Of a stretch of DNA of 64,000 nucleotides, positions 10,246-21,191 are shown one piece after another. The stretch spans positions 1 to 64,000 of the IMG/VR virus record IMGVR_UViG_3300028364_000026; one strand, written 5' to 3'. The DNA comes from a virus. Both the position numbers and the translations under genes were made by a program. Under the pieces are notes generated by a model. That model had not been told where the DNA came from. It saw only the letters and a list, made by a program, of their open reading frames with translations, and made no database searches. How positions within the stretch are numbered: the stretch's first letter is position 1; each line of letters begins with the position of its first letter.

Positions 10246-11400
10246 ATGTCAATAAAAACCGAAGAACGTGAAAAACTATATAGACAATTCAAACATTCAA
10301 TGGGGGCACCCATTCGTAAGGTTGAATTAGAAGATGAACAGCTATGTACATTGTTAGAAATAGCGATAGAAGACTATGCTCAATATGTTCAAGAATGGTT
10401 AATTGAACACCAATGGCAATCATTGTTAGGTCAAAATTTAGATACTGTAGACATGGCATTTGCTTTAAGTGTTAGAAACTTTAACTTTATGACACAATAC
10501 ACTTATGCTTACTCTAAACAAGTAGGTTTACAAACAAATGGACCTTGGGAATTAAAAAAAGATTATGTTGAAATTGAATCTGGAAGACAAGTTTATTCAA
10601 TTCCAGCTGGTCGTGAAATTAATGAAGTACTTTGGATTACCCCACCTCCTATGAATAGAGCTTTGTTATCTAATTTTGGTGGTATTGACGCTGGTTTTGG
10701 TGGTGGTTTTGGACAAATGGGTGGTGGTGTAGGCACAATGGGTGCTGGTGGTGGAAATATGGGTTATTATATTGCACCAGCTTTTGATATATTACTAACC
10801 GCTGCCGATATGAATTTAAAAAACCGTATCGTTAGAAGTGAATTAGTTCATAAAATAACAGCTGGCCCAAATGGAACTAAACTACTTCATTTGATGAGTA
10901 CTCCTGGTTCTAAATTATCTTTTGGTGGTTCAGCTGGTGGGTTAGGTGCTGGAGTTGGTGGTGCTATGAACATGGCTGGTTGTCAAGTTTGGTATCACTA
11001 TTACGACACTACACCAGAGAATTTAGACGAATGCCTTAACGACAACCCAGATATCATTAAAATGCCAAATCAAGTACCATTAGCTAGGTTAGATTATGCT
11101 GATTTCAATGAACCCACAAAAACACTTATTCGACAACTATTTATCGCTGAATCAAAAAGAGCATTAGGTAGAACTAGAGGGAAATTTGGTGGTATAGTAG
11201 GACCACCAGATGCTGAGAGAACTATGGATTATGAAAGTTTAATCTCTGAAGGTAATGAAGAGAAAAAAAGTGTTTTAGAAAGGTTAGAAGAAAGACTTAT
11301 TAGACTTTCTTCAACAAAACAACTAGAAAGAGGGGCAACAGAAGCTTCTAGCTTAAACACTTTCTTAAAACACCAACCTTTAGGTTTTTGGGTTTACTAA
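10246..11400 (+). CDS. neck protein, T4 gp13-like
   Basis: N-terminal MGAPIRKVELEDEQL and C-terminal LGRTRGKF, both resembling gp13-family adaptors; Gly-rich insertions. Confidence 0.7.
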   Translation: MSIKTEEREKLYRQFKHSMGAPIRKVELEDEQLCTLLEIAIEDYAQYVQEWLIEHQWQSLLGQNLDTVDMAFALSVRNFNFMTQYTYAYSKQVGLQTNGPWELKKDYVEIESGRQVYSIPAGREINEVLWITPPPMNRALLSNFGGIDAGFGGGFGQMGGGVGTMGAGGGNMGYYIAPAFDILLTAADMNLKNRIVRSELVHKITAGPNGTKLLHLMSTPGSKLSFGGSAGGLGAGVGGAMNMAGCQVWYHYYDTTPENLDECLNDNPDIIKMPNQVPLARLDYADFNEPTKTLIRQLFIAESKRALGRTRGKFGGIVGPPDAERTMDYESLISEGNEEKKSVLERLEERLIRLSSTKQLERGATEASSLNTFLKHQPLGFWVY

Positions 11401-11403
11401 AAC

Positions 11404-11438
11404 AAAAAAAATGGAGCAATTTGCTCCATTTTCTTTTT
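11404..11438. terminator. bidirectional intrinsic terminator
   Basis: AAAATGGAGCAA-T-TTGCTCCATTTT hairpin with A/T tracts between convergent genes. Confidence 0.8.
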
Positions 11439-14400
11439 AAAAACCCCATTCATCTTCTACCTCTACTATTATAGTTTTAGGTTCTTCTTCTTTAATTTTT
11501 TCTATTGTATAATTATCTGGAACATCACCAAAGGTATCATCAAATCCATCATCTAAAATTATATTTTCATCGCTTCTAATAAGATTACCTTTTTCATCCA
11601 CTTTTAAGTCATCATTACCATCCTCATCTTCGGATAAACTAATTTTTTTGTTAGTTTCAATCGGTTGTTGATTAAGTATAGTCTTTAATGAATGTTCTTT
11701 AGCCCTTTCCATGATTGAATCTATTTTCTTATCAGAATATATTTCAGTAAATAAAACAGAAACTGTGGAACCAGTAAATGCGATACACTCGGAAAGATAA
11801 TTTAACCATTCATCATATTTTGTAAAACTATCTTTATTTCCAGCATTCTCATAATATGCTTTTCTAGATATCGCATCTTTTTCATATTTAAAAATATCGT
11901 TAAAATAACACAAAACAACACCCCATTTTCTTGAAACCAATGCAAAACTATCATCTTCAGCAATATCTGCAAGTACAAATATATCAACAGGTAATTTCCC
12001 CTCCATAGCTAATTCTAAATCAGAAACTTCTAAGTGTCTAATTATGTCTTCCATACGTTCTTTCTCTTGCTCAATTCCTACCAACCTTTGAGCCACTAAT
12101 CTTTCATGGTAATCAGTTCTAATAACAGACCACTCATCCTCTTCCATGTTATTGGGTAGTTTATCTACTTTATCCCAGAATTTAATCTCTCTATCTTCCA
12201 TTATCATCAAATTTTCATATGAATCTTGGTCAATAGTTTTAAATGGTTTTCCAGAGATTAGACCGCATTCTACTTTAGTAAAAATAGTTCTTTCTTTTAA
12301 TTTTTCGATTACTTCTTTTGTCTCTTTGTCTTTTACCTTAACAACTCCCAATAAAACTTTATCCCTAATTTCTGGTTCAAAACAAACCAATAAGGGTTTT
12401 ACTTTTTTATTAAAAGCGTCTAAATAACGGGCTACATTATACTCATCTGTAAATAATTCTAAATCAATTTCTTCTACCCTTTCTTCTAAAGCTTCAATGG
12501 TTCTATCTTCACTATCATCAATTGTTTTATTTTTAATCTTGGTAATAACTTTTTTAATCACTTCAAGTTCTTTGATTAATTCAAAATCTCTTTCAACAAC
12601 ACTTGTATCGATTAATTTACTATTTAACTGTACTTCTTTTTTGACTGGTGGTAATGGCATTCCTTCATTTTCTAATTTCCATTTTTCAGATTGCTTTTTA
12701 GTCATTTTATTCACATCAACAGTTTTTAAATCACCAGTTGATTTAGACTTACCAATATTAATGTAGTACAACGTATCACCTAATGTTACTTCTAATCCGC
12801 TCCTAACTGCTAATTCCATGTGAGCTTGTTTCGGTAAAGGATTACCAGCTTTATTCTTTAAAAAAGCTTTTTTCTTATAATCAGCTATTGTTAATTTAAC
12901 TCTCCCTTTAGATGCAATCTTAACTAATGGAATTTGGTAATTATAAATTTTATCAACATATTCATAATAGTAATTAATAAAGGAATGACCATCAGCGTCT
13001 AACAACATTCTAATTGATTTACCTATAAAGTCTTCAATATAGACTGGCATCCTTTTAGACTTGATTGAATTACCAACCAATTTCACTTTACCTCCAATAT
13101 CGTTTGCGTAGTTCTTCCTAGAAAAATTTATTGTTGAATTACAATAATCATCAATATCTAGCCCCATTCTACCCATCATGAATGTTTCATTAAACTCACC
13201 CAATACAGCATCAACACCAATAGCGTCCTTACCAGCATCTTCCTCTGTTTTCCAATGCGTTCCTTTAATACGATACTTTATTTCATCAATGTTTTCTGGT
13301 ACTGAAAAGTTGAAACCATCAGTATTCTTAAGGTTAACCATACCAACACCACCAATAAAGGTACCATCTTCTGTTGATATGTCATAAACGAAACTATCTT
13401 TATCTTTATTGTCGATTATTTCATTTTCCCAAACTTCACCAGATTTCATTAATTTTTTATCGGTAAAATTTGAATTATTACTGTTTGTGTTTTCTAACTT
13501 AAAAGAAATAAAATTATCTTTTCTGGTTTTAATGATGTACTCAATACCTAATTCGTTTAAAATAAATGACAACCCAGCCATGGCGACTTGTGAGTTCATA
13601 CCTATATCTGAGATTGTTTCCAAAGAATCACCATAACCATCAGAAGCACACATACCATCGAAGAAATATTTCTTTATTGACACATCAGAATTTAAAATAA
13701 ATATAGGTACTTTTTTCTCTCCATATGAAGTGTAAAAATCGTTATGAAATTTTGTTGTTAAACTAACATCATTAACAACCAAAGTATATACACCACTAGA
13801 TTTTAAATGGTCCTCAATTATTCCAGTTACCTTATAATCATTTAGTAATATTTCATTCAATTTTTCTAAAAAAACTAAATTATTGTTAGAAACCCTCCAA
13901 TCACCACTAGTTTTTTCTACTTTAACTGAACCATTATTTAAAAAGACCCCTAATAACCAAGCCTTGTTATAATTTAAATAATTTAATGAATTGAATTTAT
14001 CTATTTCAGTATAAATATCTATAACATCACCTCTTTTTAACGATGATGGTTTAACCTGAATACTATTTTGAAATAATGAATGGTCCTCGGTAACATTAAT
14101 TAATCTATTTTTTGTTGTTACCGTATGAATTTTTTTATCGGTTCCATGTCTATAGATATAATTAACATTTTTCCAACCATTTACTGTTAATACCTCATAA
14201 GGTTTAGCACCATAATCTCTTAGACCATCTAAATCTATATAACCTGAATTATTATCAAATAAATCACAAATAGGTACAATGTTTAATAAATTATCTTTGC
14301 CTTTAATATAAACGGGTGTGTCGAAAGTTACTGAGTCACCAACTAAAGGTTTAAAACCATATTTTTCAGTAAAAAACTTAACCATGAAACGTAAATATTG

Positions 14401-16200
14401 TCTTCCACGACAAGTTGTTTCTTCTGCTGAATCAGTATCACCCCAATTAAAAATATAAGGGGCACCATATGAACCAAACCATGAGTTAGCAAGAATTTTC
14501 AATGGTAACTGTTTTTTATCATATACGTTAGCCAACGCCTTAGATTCACGTATGGTTTCAGTTATTTTTTTTATTTGTTCTTCTGATAATGACTTATCTT
14601 CTTTTAATTTTTTTTCTAACCCTTTATATTTTTTCTTTTCTTTTCCGTTTAAATTTTTAAATTTATCTCGTGTGTCAACGACATAACTTAACATACCTTC
14701 CATTACGCCACTAATATCTAATAATGGAAATATACCATGTGTCAATTGAGTTTTTGGATACAGACCCGCATAATCTAGCTTAATCACACCTTTGGCATAA
14801 CCAACCTCTAACAATCTTGATAAACCCCCAACAAAATCACGCTTTGATTGAGTTTCTGGAATAGCCAAACCATTTTCATAAGACCAAGCAGCCATAATAA
14901 GTTTCCACTGTCCAGCGGTACCCATAGTTGATGAACGCTGAAATGATGTAGGGATAATTTTTGAAATAAGAAAACTTGCTTGATTAAAAATATTATCAAT
15001 TTGTTCCGTTTCCCAAAGGTCATCACACAAGTATCTTTGAACAATAAAATTACCTTTTACTATCTTGTAATTTGCTTTTAACTTTTTGTTTTCACTTATT
15101 TTATACCAATCACCATTTTTATCGTTAAAAGCGTATTCATTTACTTTATCGGCCCATATTGTATTAATTTTATCCCCAGGAACATAAACCCTATTATCTT
15201 TAGCTATCTCAGAATATTGGGTGATATACTTTAACCCCCAAGATTTTATCTCAGAATTAATAGCCATTGCCCTACGTACCGAATGAGAAATATCGATTAT
15301 ATTATAACCAAACATATTTGTTTGCTCATAAGGTTCAGTCTCACTCCCCAACTTAAGTGTTGCTGGCCTTCTCTTTATTTTAGTTGCACGGTTTAATGTA
15401 ATTGCTAATTCAGTAATTGGTATAGATAAACGTTCTGCACGTTCAAATAAGTATGGCCAGTCAAAGTTCTCTGAGTTATAACCAGTAATAACATCTGGTT
15501 GCACCATATCAATAATTTTAAAAAATCTTTCAATTGCTTCTCTTTCAGCATTCCTTCTTTCAATACCATTTTTACCATCAACTTCCAATAACCCTTCTAA
15601 GCCACGATTATCTCTAACACCAATTTGAAAAATGGCATTTTTTGATGCAAATAACCCTTCTGTTTCTAAATCGAATTGAAAACGATGTAAATCATCATAA
15701 TCATCCATTCCCTTAAACAATCTTTTTCCCGTTTGGATAAGAAATTGTTCTGTGGGGTTAAACATTACGAAGTCACGAATATTATCTTTATGGAAAATTT
15801 CAATTCCACCAAATTTAAAGAAATTAACTAAATGATTATAAGATTTACTTGAAGTTGCTAAATACTTATATCCGTTTTCCATTCTTTCAGGAACATCACC
15901 ACTATCATTTGAGACACGTAGTTTCTTTATTTTTATCCCATATTTAGCAGATTCCTCGATTATCTTTAATCTCTTACCATCATAAAGTCTTGTAGTAACA
16001 CCTTCTTTAAACCATAAAAATGGTTTAAAACCGCATTCCTCCATTCTTTTTGAACCACCTACTAATGTATCATTAATAATTAAAGTAACCGAAGGTCTAT
16101 CGTAATAAGATTCAATAGCCACGATGTGTTTCTGTGGGTCAGTACCTTTAAGAAATTCTTCAATTACCTCATTGCTTACTTTTACTTTATTTTCTTCCAT
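11437..16200 (-). CDS. polB: family B DNA polymerase with intein
   Basis: Exo motifs DLETEG and GYNSENFD; Pol motifs LDYAGLYP, KILANSWFG and GD|TDG (split by intein). Confidence 0.95.
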   Translation of the reverse strand: MEENKVKVSNEVIEEFLKGTDPQKHIVAIESYYDRPSVTLIINDTLVGGSKRMEECGFKPFLWFKEGVTTRLYDGKRLKIIEESAKYGIKIKKLRVSNDSGDVPERMENGYKYLATSSKSYNHLVNFFKFGGIEIFHKDNIRDFVMFNPTEQFLIQTGKRLFKGMDDYDDLHRFQFDLETEGLFASKNAIFQIGVRDNRGLEGLLEVDGKNGIERRNAEREAIERFFKIIDMVQPDVITGYNSENFDWPYLFERAERLSIPITELAITLNRATKIKRRPATLKLGSETEPYEQTNMFGYNIIDISHSVRRAMAINSEIKSWGLKYITQYSEIAKDNRVYVPGDKINTIWADKVNEYAFNDKNGDWYKISENKKLKANYKIVKGNFIVQRYLCDDLWETEQIDNIFNQASFLISKIIPTSFQRSSTMGTAGQWKLIMAAWSYENGLAIPETQSKRDFVGGLSRLLEVGYAKGVIKLDYAGLYPKTQLTHGIFPLLDISGVMEGMLSYVVDTRDKFKNLNGKEKKKYKGLEKKLKEDKSLSEEQIKKITETIRESKALANVYDKKQLPLKILANSWFGSYGAPYIFNWGDTDSAEETTCRGRQYLRFMVKFFTEKYGFKPLVGDSVTFDTPVYIKGKDNLLNIVPICDLFDNNSGYIDLDGLRDYGAKPYEVLTVNGWKNVNYIYRHGTDKKIHTVTTKNRLINVTEDHSLFQNSIQVKPSSLKRGDVIDIYTEIDKFNSLNYLNYNKAWLLGVFLNNGSVKVEKTSGDWRVSNNNLVFLEKLNEILLNDYKVTGIIEDHLKSSGVYTLVVNDVSLTTKFHNDFYTSYGEKKVPIFILNSDVSIKKYFFDGMCASDGYGDSLETISDIGMNSQVAMAGLSFILNELGIEYIIKTRKDNFISFKLENTNSNNSNFTDKKLMKSGEVWENEIIDNKDKDSFVYDISTEDGTFIGGVGMVNLKNTDGFNFSVPENIDEIKYRIKGTHWKTEEDAGKDAIGVDAVLGEFNETFMMGRMGLDIDDYCNSTINFSRKNYANDIGGKVKLVGNSIKSKRMPVYIEDFIGKSIRMLLDADGHSFINYYYEYVDKIYNYQIPLVKIASKGRVKLTIADYKKKAFLKNKAGNPLPKQAHMELAVRSGLEVTLGDTLYYINIGKSKSTGDLKTVDVNKMTKKQSEKWKLENEGMPLPPVKKEVQLNSKLIDTSVVERDFELIKELEVIKKVITKIKNKTIDDSEDRTIEALEERVEEIDLELFTDEYNVARYLDAFNKKVKPLLVCFEPEIRDKVLLGVVKVKDKETKEVIEKLKERTIFTKVECGLISGKPFKTIDQDSYENLMIMEDREIKFWDKVDKLPNNMEEDEWSVIRTDYHERLVAQRLVGIEQEKERMEDIIRHLEVSDLELAMEGKLPVDIFVLADIAEDDSFALVSRKWGVVLCYFNDIFKYEKDAISRKAYYENAGNKDSFTKYDEWLNYLSECIAFTGSTVSVLFTEIYSDKKIDSIMERAKEHSLKTILNQQPIETNKKISLSEDEDGNDDLKVDEKGNLIRSDENIILDDGFDDTFGDVPDNYTIEKIKEEEPKTIIVEVEDEWGF
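13324..14334 (-). mobile_element. intein (337 aa) in polymerase motif C
   Basis: starts SVTFDTPV, ends VNLKN before Thr+1; VTEDHSL block B, VYDIST block F; LGVFLNNG and DGMCASDG motifs. Confidence 0.92.
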
Positions 16201-16279
16201 TTAAGTTATTTTATCAAAAATACTCAATAAAATCATTATAACAAGTAGTTTAATGAAAAAAAAATAGTAACTTTGTAAA

Positions 16280-16287
16280 CAAAGTTA
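16280..16287 (-). promoter_or_regulatory. Bacteroidota-type -7 promoter element TAACTTTG upstream of the polymerase
   Basis: matches TAnnTTTG; part of inverted repeat TAACTTTG-TAAA-CAAAGTTA (16268-16287). Confidence 0.5.
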
Positions 16288-16306
16288 ATTTAATAACAAT
16301 AATAAA

Positions 16307-16696
16307 TTATTTTTTTATCGAACCATCCAAAATATTTATGAATAACTCTTCTTTAATTGGAACAATTAATAGACCAATTTCATTTTCGTTTGTAAACCCA
16401 TATTCAAAATTAATTTCAAATTTTCCAACATATCTACCAGCAATACTAGTATCTTTTTCTGAAAATCTATAGGTTAAATAGAATTCTGGTCCTATGCAGC
16501 TTTCTGGTTCTATTTGCATTGGAAATGTTGGTTTTTTAGCTATTCTTTTTACTCCAGTAATAACATCGGTCATAGTAAATGTAATGTTGGCGTTTTGTAT
16601 TTTATCTTGCAACCTATTAAAATCAGTTCTACCATCATTAATTAATTCTAATTTTAAAATTGGTAAAGTTGAGTTCTTATTTATATAAAATTCCAT
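16307..16696 (-). CDS. BppU N-terminal-like baseplate/structural protein
   Basis: FYINKNSTLP..LTYRF...DT..AGRY.GKFEI..IVP pattern. Confidence 0.55.
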   Translation of the reverse strand: MEFYINKNSTLPILKLELINDGRTDFNRLQDKIQNANITFTMTDVITGVKRIAKKPTFPMQIEPESCIGPEFYLTYRFSEKDTSIAGRYVGKFEINFEYGFTNENEIGLLIVPIKEELFINILDGSIKK

Positions 16697-16699
16697 AAT

Positions 16700-18502
16700 T
16701 TAATCGTTATTAAGGTATCTAGGTAAATTTTCTAAATACGAATTTGTTATTTTACAAAAAGTTAAATCACAAATATTAAATTTAAATTGTGATATACTTC
16801 CTATGAAACTACCAGCAAAATTTGTTTCTAATGGTAATGTTCTATCATTCTGGTCCAATCCTCCGAATGTTTGACTTTCAATTAATCCTTGTGTACCACC
16901 ACCTAAACTAAAATTAAATGGTACACCAATTTGTTTAAGTTTATACTCATTTAATCGTCTCCCAATAAATTCAGGAAAATCTCTATCAATATGTTTTAGT
17001 TTACCGTTAATATAATATAATAATTTACCAGTTCTCCTTTTAGTATTCTTTAATTCACAGTCTGTTTTCTCTGGTGCAACAAATTTAATTACAATATAAG
17101 ACCATTTATCAGATGGTACTAAAAATGGTATTGTTTCTTTTTTTACCACAGTTACCTCACATGCTTTATTTACCGTTAATAATTTATATCTTATTCTACC
17201 ATCATCAGTTATCATGAATCCCAAGGCATTATCGATTATATCTTCCTCATATTCTATTTCAGTTTGAGGGGAAGTAAAACCACTAAAACTACAAACAGTT
17301 TCGTTACCAAAATCATCATTGGGACCACTACAGGTACCACAATTGTTTTCCCCTTTATTTTTTGTTGCTCTACCATACACTAAAAAAGGGTTAGTTGTAT
17401 TTGTTACCACTTCACTTGAACGAATAACGGCAATCCCTTTACCATCATAACTACATTTACTTTGAGCACCTAATCCATCATGGTTTCTTTTACACACACC
17501 ACAACGTTTTGACGAATCTTCAATATCTGGATTTGAAAGGATAATACTACCCTCTGGTTCTAATAATTTTGGTTCTCTACCATCATGTGACCTACCGTAT
17601 ATTAAAAATTCATTAGTTATTAATTCAATTTCCATTACTGGTGGTGTTAAAGGAATACCAAAACCATATTCACCAACTAAAATTATTTCATTTTCTTTTG
17701 GTACGGTACACCAATCGCTTATATCATCAGTACAACTAATATCTAATGGGTCGATTGTACATGTTGATGTACAACCAGTATCCGAACCAACCCATTCTTT
17801 CCAAAATTTATTTTCTGAGCGAGCACCCATATAAAAAAACATACCGTTAGCGTTTTTTTCTGGGTCGTTATATATATTATTTAATGTTTTACCACTAACA
17901 ATAACGCTTTCTGGTCTTAACCAAAACTCAGCAGACCAACTGTGTTTTACCCTAGTTGGTAACACTTCATAATCATACCCATCTAGTTTATAGAAACCTT
18001 GATAAAACCCACCTCTAAATCTCATATAATCACCAATTGGTGATACATTTTTAACTAAATTAGTTTCATATATAAATGGGTCTTCTGGGCTTGTTGTACC
18101 ACTAATAGCATGTAGGTTTAACCTATTTTCATTAGGTGGTATAAATAAAGTGGACCCAGTTAAGGCCATCAATAATTCTGGGTTTGATTTATCTATTGTT
18201 GGTTCTGGTCTATCAAATAAAATCCTTCCATTATCTATTCCAGTTAAACCAAAAGTTGAAAGAGAATGACCAGTATTTGTGGCTTCGTCCCAAGACACAA
18301 GACTGTATATAGATTTGGTAACATCAACATTTTCGTAAATGTCTTCTCTATTGAAATCGTACCAAACAACATTACAAACTTCTTCTTCTAGTGGTAAACA
18401 ATTTGGTGAATTACCATCCATAGACAAGAAAAAGTCCCAGTAGTCTGAATTTGAAAGTTTAACTTTTAACCCGTTAAAATTGTAATTTTTTATGTTTCCC
18501 AT
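16700..18502 (-). CDS. virion protein with ConA/LamG-like fold elements
   Basis: WSAEFWLRP, WSYIVI, YYINGKL, FIGSISQF; probable start MGNIKN at 18502, just after the upstream stop. Confidence 0.55.
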   Translation of the reverse strand: MGNIKNYNFNGLKVKLSNSDYWDFFLSMDGNSPNCLPLEEEVCNVVWYDFNREDIYENVDVTKSIYSLVSWDEATNTGHSLSTFGLTGIDNGRILFDRPEPTIDKSNPELLMALTGSTLFIPPNENRLNLHAISGTTSPEDPFIYETNLVKNVSPIGDYMRFRGGFYQGFYKLDGYDYEVLPTRVKHSWSAEFWLRPESVIVSGKTLNNIYNDPEKNANGMFFYMGARSENKFWKEWVGSDTGCTSTCTIDPLDISCTDDISDWCTVPKENEIILVGEYGFGIPLTPPVMEIELITNEFLIYGRSHDGREPKLLEPEGSIILSNPDIEDSSKRCGVCKRNHDGLGAQSKCSYDGKGIAVIRSSEVVTNTTNPFLVYGRATKNKGENNCGTCSGPNDDFGNETVCSFSGFTSPQTEIEYEEDIIDNALGFMITDDGRIRYKLLTVNKACEVTVVKKETIPFLVPSDKWSYIVIKFVAPEKTDCELKNTKRRTGKLLYYINGKLKHIDRDFPEFIGRRLNEYKLKQIGVPFNFSLGGGTQGLIESQTFGGLDQNDRTLPLETNFAGSFIGSISQFKFNICDLTFCKITNSYLENLPRYLNND

Positions 18503-18504
18503 TC

Positions 18505-20235
18505 TTAAAAAGTATCTAAATTTGTTCTTTTCCAACCATTATTTGTTTTAACATATAAATAATTATTATCTACTGTTACATTACCAACCGAACCATTTTC
18601 ATCTTCACTAGACAAAGGTGTAAAATTAGGTATTGTTAAATGTTTTGGTTTAAAATCATTATTTGTTTCCCAATTACCATCTGCATCAATAACTAATTCT
18701 GAAGATAAATCAACACCCATAGAGTGTAATATTGTTAAACCACCACCAAAAGACGTTTCTTTTGTCCCATTATAATTTAATTCAATATTATTATCTTCAG
18801 CTAATATTGTTTGTGTTTCTAAATAAGTCTTTGAAGAACTAGTTAAACCAAGGGCCAATTCTTTTACCGCTTCAACCAACATGGGTATAATACCATCAAT
18901 ATGTATTCCTTTATATAATTCTTCGCTATTATGATTAGTAAAAACCAATAATGGCTCTATTTCCTCAATTTGTTGTGCTATGAAACCTAATTTATATAAA
19001 TCAGTCCCACCTATTTTATCTTTCCATTGATATTTAACACCTTCAAACAACTTTATTTTTTCCAACGCCCCAACTAATGGTTCAATATTTTCCTTTAGTC
19101 TCTCATCCGAAGTATTTACAGTAATATCACCATTTGCGTCTACTCCAATATTATTAACTAATGGTGTAGATTTAATTCGTTTTATGTTAAAATAATCGAC
19201 ATATAATGTATCTTTAGTATCACCAGTAATATTATTACCAAAAATAAAAACTGAATCACTTTTAGCTTCTGAGTTGCTACCAAAAACAAAACTGTTCTCA
19301 CCTTCAGCCCTAGTGTTAAAACCACCAGCAAACGAACGTAAACCAAGTGCCTCTGCACGTTGACCTTGTGCGTGTGAATAATTACCAAAAGCAATCGTAT
19401 CAATTCCTTGTGCATGTGAACTCGTACCAGAAGATATTGTATCAATTCCTTGTGCATATGAAGCAAAACCCGATGAATCTGTCCGTACACCAATAGAAAT
19501 TGAATTAGACCCACTAGCTATTGATTGAACACCCATAGAAACTGAATTAATTCCACTAGCAATATTAATATGACCAACTTGTGTTCTTATAGAGCCATTA
19601 CTAGTACCGCTACCCCAATATATACCACCACCACTTGATGGTAGCCAAGAACCTTTTCCTTCGGCATTTATTCTAGTCCAAACATCATTAATATTACCGC
19701 CTTTATCTATAATTAAGTCTTTTGTTTTGGTTATTCCTTGAACATCAACCCATATTGTTCTACCAGTATAATCTAATGTTCCAGCTGAATAATTAACCAA
19801 ACTAGTTGTTTCTAACTCACCACTATAATTACCATTACCATTATCAACAAAATTAATTGGCGTAATATCAAATTCGATACCTAAATAAGTAAGAGTCACT
19901 AAATTATCATCAATGGTTGTTGTTGTATCTGGATAAAACACTGGTTCAGTAAATTGTGTTTCATCAAAATTTAGCGGGGTTATTGGTGAAAAATTAATTT
20001 CAGCATTTGCCATCTCTGGAATCCCCCAAGTAAAAGTTGTTAACCCACCACTAGTAACAAAAGAACTAGTTATTGAAACTTGGGTTGTAGTTTCACCAAT
20101 GGTAGTTAGGTCTGGACCTTTTGGTAATAAATTAAATGGCACACCAAATACGGTTGAACCAGATAAAGTTGTTGTAGTTTTTATATTTTGTTTAACTTGT
20201 CTATTGTTAGAAAAGTCTAATTTCGTTTTAAACAT
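18505..20235 (-). CDS. tail fibre/spike with YadA-head-like repeats and peptidase S74 intramolecular chaperone
   Basis: 14-aa S.A.G..T.A.G repeats; TSDERLKENI and GFIAQQIEEIEP.LV S74 motifs. Confidence 0.8.
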   Translation of the reverse strand: MFKTKLDFSNNRQVKQNIKTTTTLSGSTVFGVPFNLLPKGPDLTTIGETTTQVSITSSFVTSGGLTTFTWGIPEMANAEINFSPITPLNFDETQFTEPVFYPDTTTTIDDNLVTLTYLGIEFDITPINFVDNGNGNYSGELETTSLVNYSAGTLDYTGRTIWVDVQGITKTKDLIIDKGGNINDVWTRINAEGKGSWLPSSGGGIYWGSGTSNGSIRTQVGHINIASGINSVSMGVQSIASGSNSISIGVRTDSSGFASYAQGIDTISSGTSSHAQGIDTIAFGNYSHAQGQRAEALGLRSFAGGFNTRAEGENSFVFGSNSEAKSDSVFIFGNNITGDTKDTLYVDYFNIKRIKSTPLVNNIGVDANGDITVNTSDERLKENIEPLVGALEKIKLFEGVKYQWKDKIGGTDLYKLGFIAQQIEEIEPLLVFTNHNSEELYKGIHIDGIIPMLVEAVKELALGLTSSSKTYLETQTILAEDNNIELNYNGTKETSFGGGLTILHSMGVDLSSELVIDADGNWETNNDFKPKHLTIPNFTPLSSEDENGSVGNVTVDNNYLYVKTNNGWKRTNLDTF

Positions 20236-20299
20236 AATAATTATGGTTTTTATTATAAATATTCTACTATTTTAATATATTTATAATAAAAGAATAAAT

Positions 20300-20764
20300 A
20301 TGGCAACATTTAAAAAGAAACAATTGGAAGAAACAGTTGGTGGTGACATTTTCTCTAATAGTGGGGATAGAAATGCAGTTTGTAATTCAGAAATAGAAAC
20401 TGGTCCAGTTGATAAACCATATAACGATTATTCTGATTACCAAAGAGGTATTTCAACTACAACCGATAGGGCTTTAAGTCGTTATGGTCAAGATATACCA
20501 TGGTTTGCTGTTTATAATTTCGGTGGTTCTATGGTTAGAGAAAATTCAAGAATAATTAAAAAAAATATAGTTGAGGATAAAATTGATGATTTAGTTAGAA
20601 AAAATAAAAACAATGGTATTCTAACAAAAGGGGGTAATTTAAAGGTTTCTAAAATACTAGATTCAATCTCAACTACCGATTTTACTGATGATGAAATTGA
20701 AGAATTAAAAAAAGTATTGACTGATAAAAAACCTGTAACCCAAAAAACATTAAACAATGAATAG
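20300..20764 (+). CDS. hypothetical protein (probable head-associated)
   Basis: ORF with ATATTTAT motif at 20277-20284. Confidence 0.6.
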   Translation: MATFKKKQLEETVGGDIFSNSGDRNAVCNSEIETGPVDKPYNDYSDYQRGISTTTDRALSRYGQDIPWFAVYNFGGSMVRENSRIIKKNIVEDKIDDLVRKNKNNGILTKGGNLKVSKILDSISTTDFTDDEIEELKKVLTDKKPVTQKTLNNE

Positions 20765-21188
20765 CAATATAAAAGATAAGGTAATATCTACTGGTAAAGG
20801 TGCTGAGGGAAAAAAACATCAAGCGTTTGCAATGGAATTATCTAGACTAAAAGCAGCTAAAAAAACTTGTTCCGAAACAAAAAACTGTGTTGAATACACA
20901 AAACTTGGTGGGGACTTTCGTTTCAATCAAATAGAAAGAGTTGTAGAGGTCCCTAAAAAAACGGACGAGATGAGACGTAAGATACAAAAAGAGACAAACC
21001 CAAATAATACTTATCAAAAAGAAGAATCACCAACAGAAGTAAAAATTCCATCTACATCAAGAGCTAGTAATCATGATGGTGGTGAAAAACATAAAATATT
21101 AAATAATTCACAAGCATTAAGTGAAGAAATCCATAAGATAAACTATTTAATAGAACAGATAAATAATAACAAAAAAATAAAAATTTAA
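20757..21188 (+). CDS. hypothetical protein
   Basis: ORF overlapping the upstream gene in the operon. Confidence 0.6.
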   Translation: MNSNIKDKVISTGKGAEGKKHQAFAMELSRLKAAKKTCSETKNCVEYTKLGGDFRFNQIERVVEVPKKTDEMRRKIQKETNPNNTYQKEESPTEVKIPSTSRASNHDGGEKHKILNNSQALSEEIHKINYLIEQINNNKKIKI

Positions 21189-21191
21189 AAC

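Noticed and set aside
16700-18535. ORF-track starts at 18535, 25878, 46480 and 61393
   Set aside because: They overlap upstream genes or promoter motifs; downstream ATGs (18502, 25935, 46393, 61363) fit better
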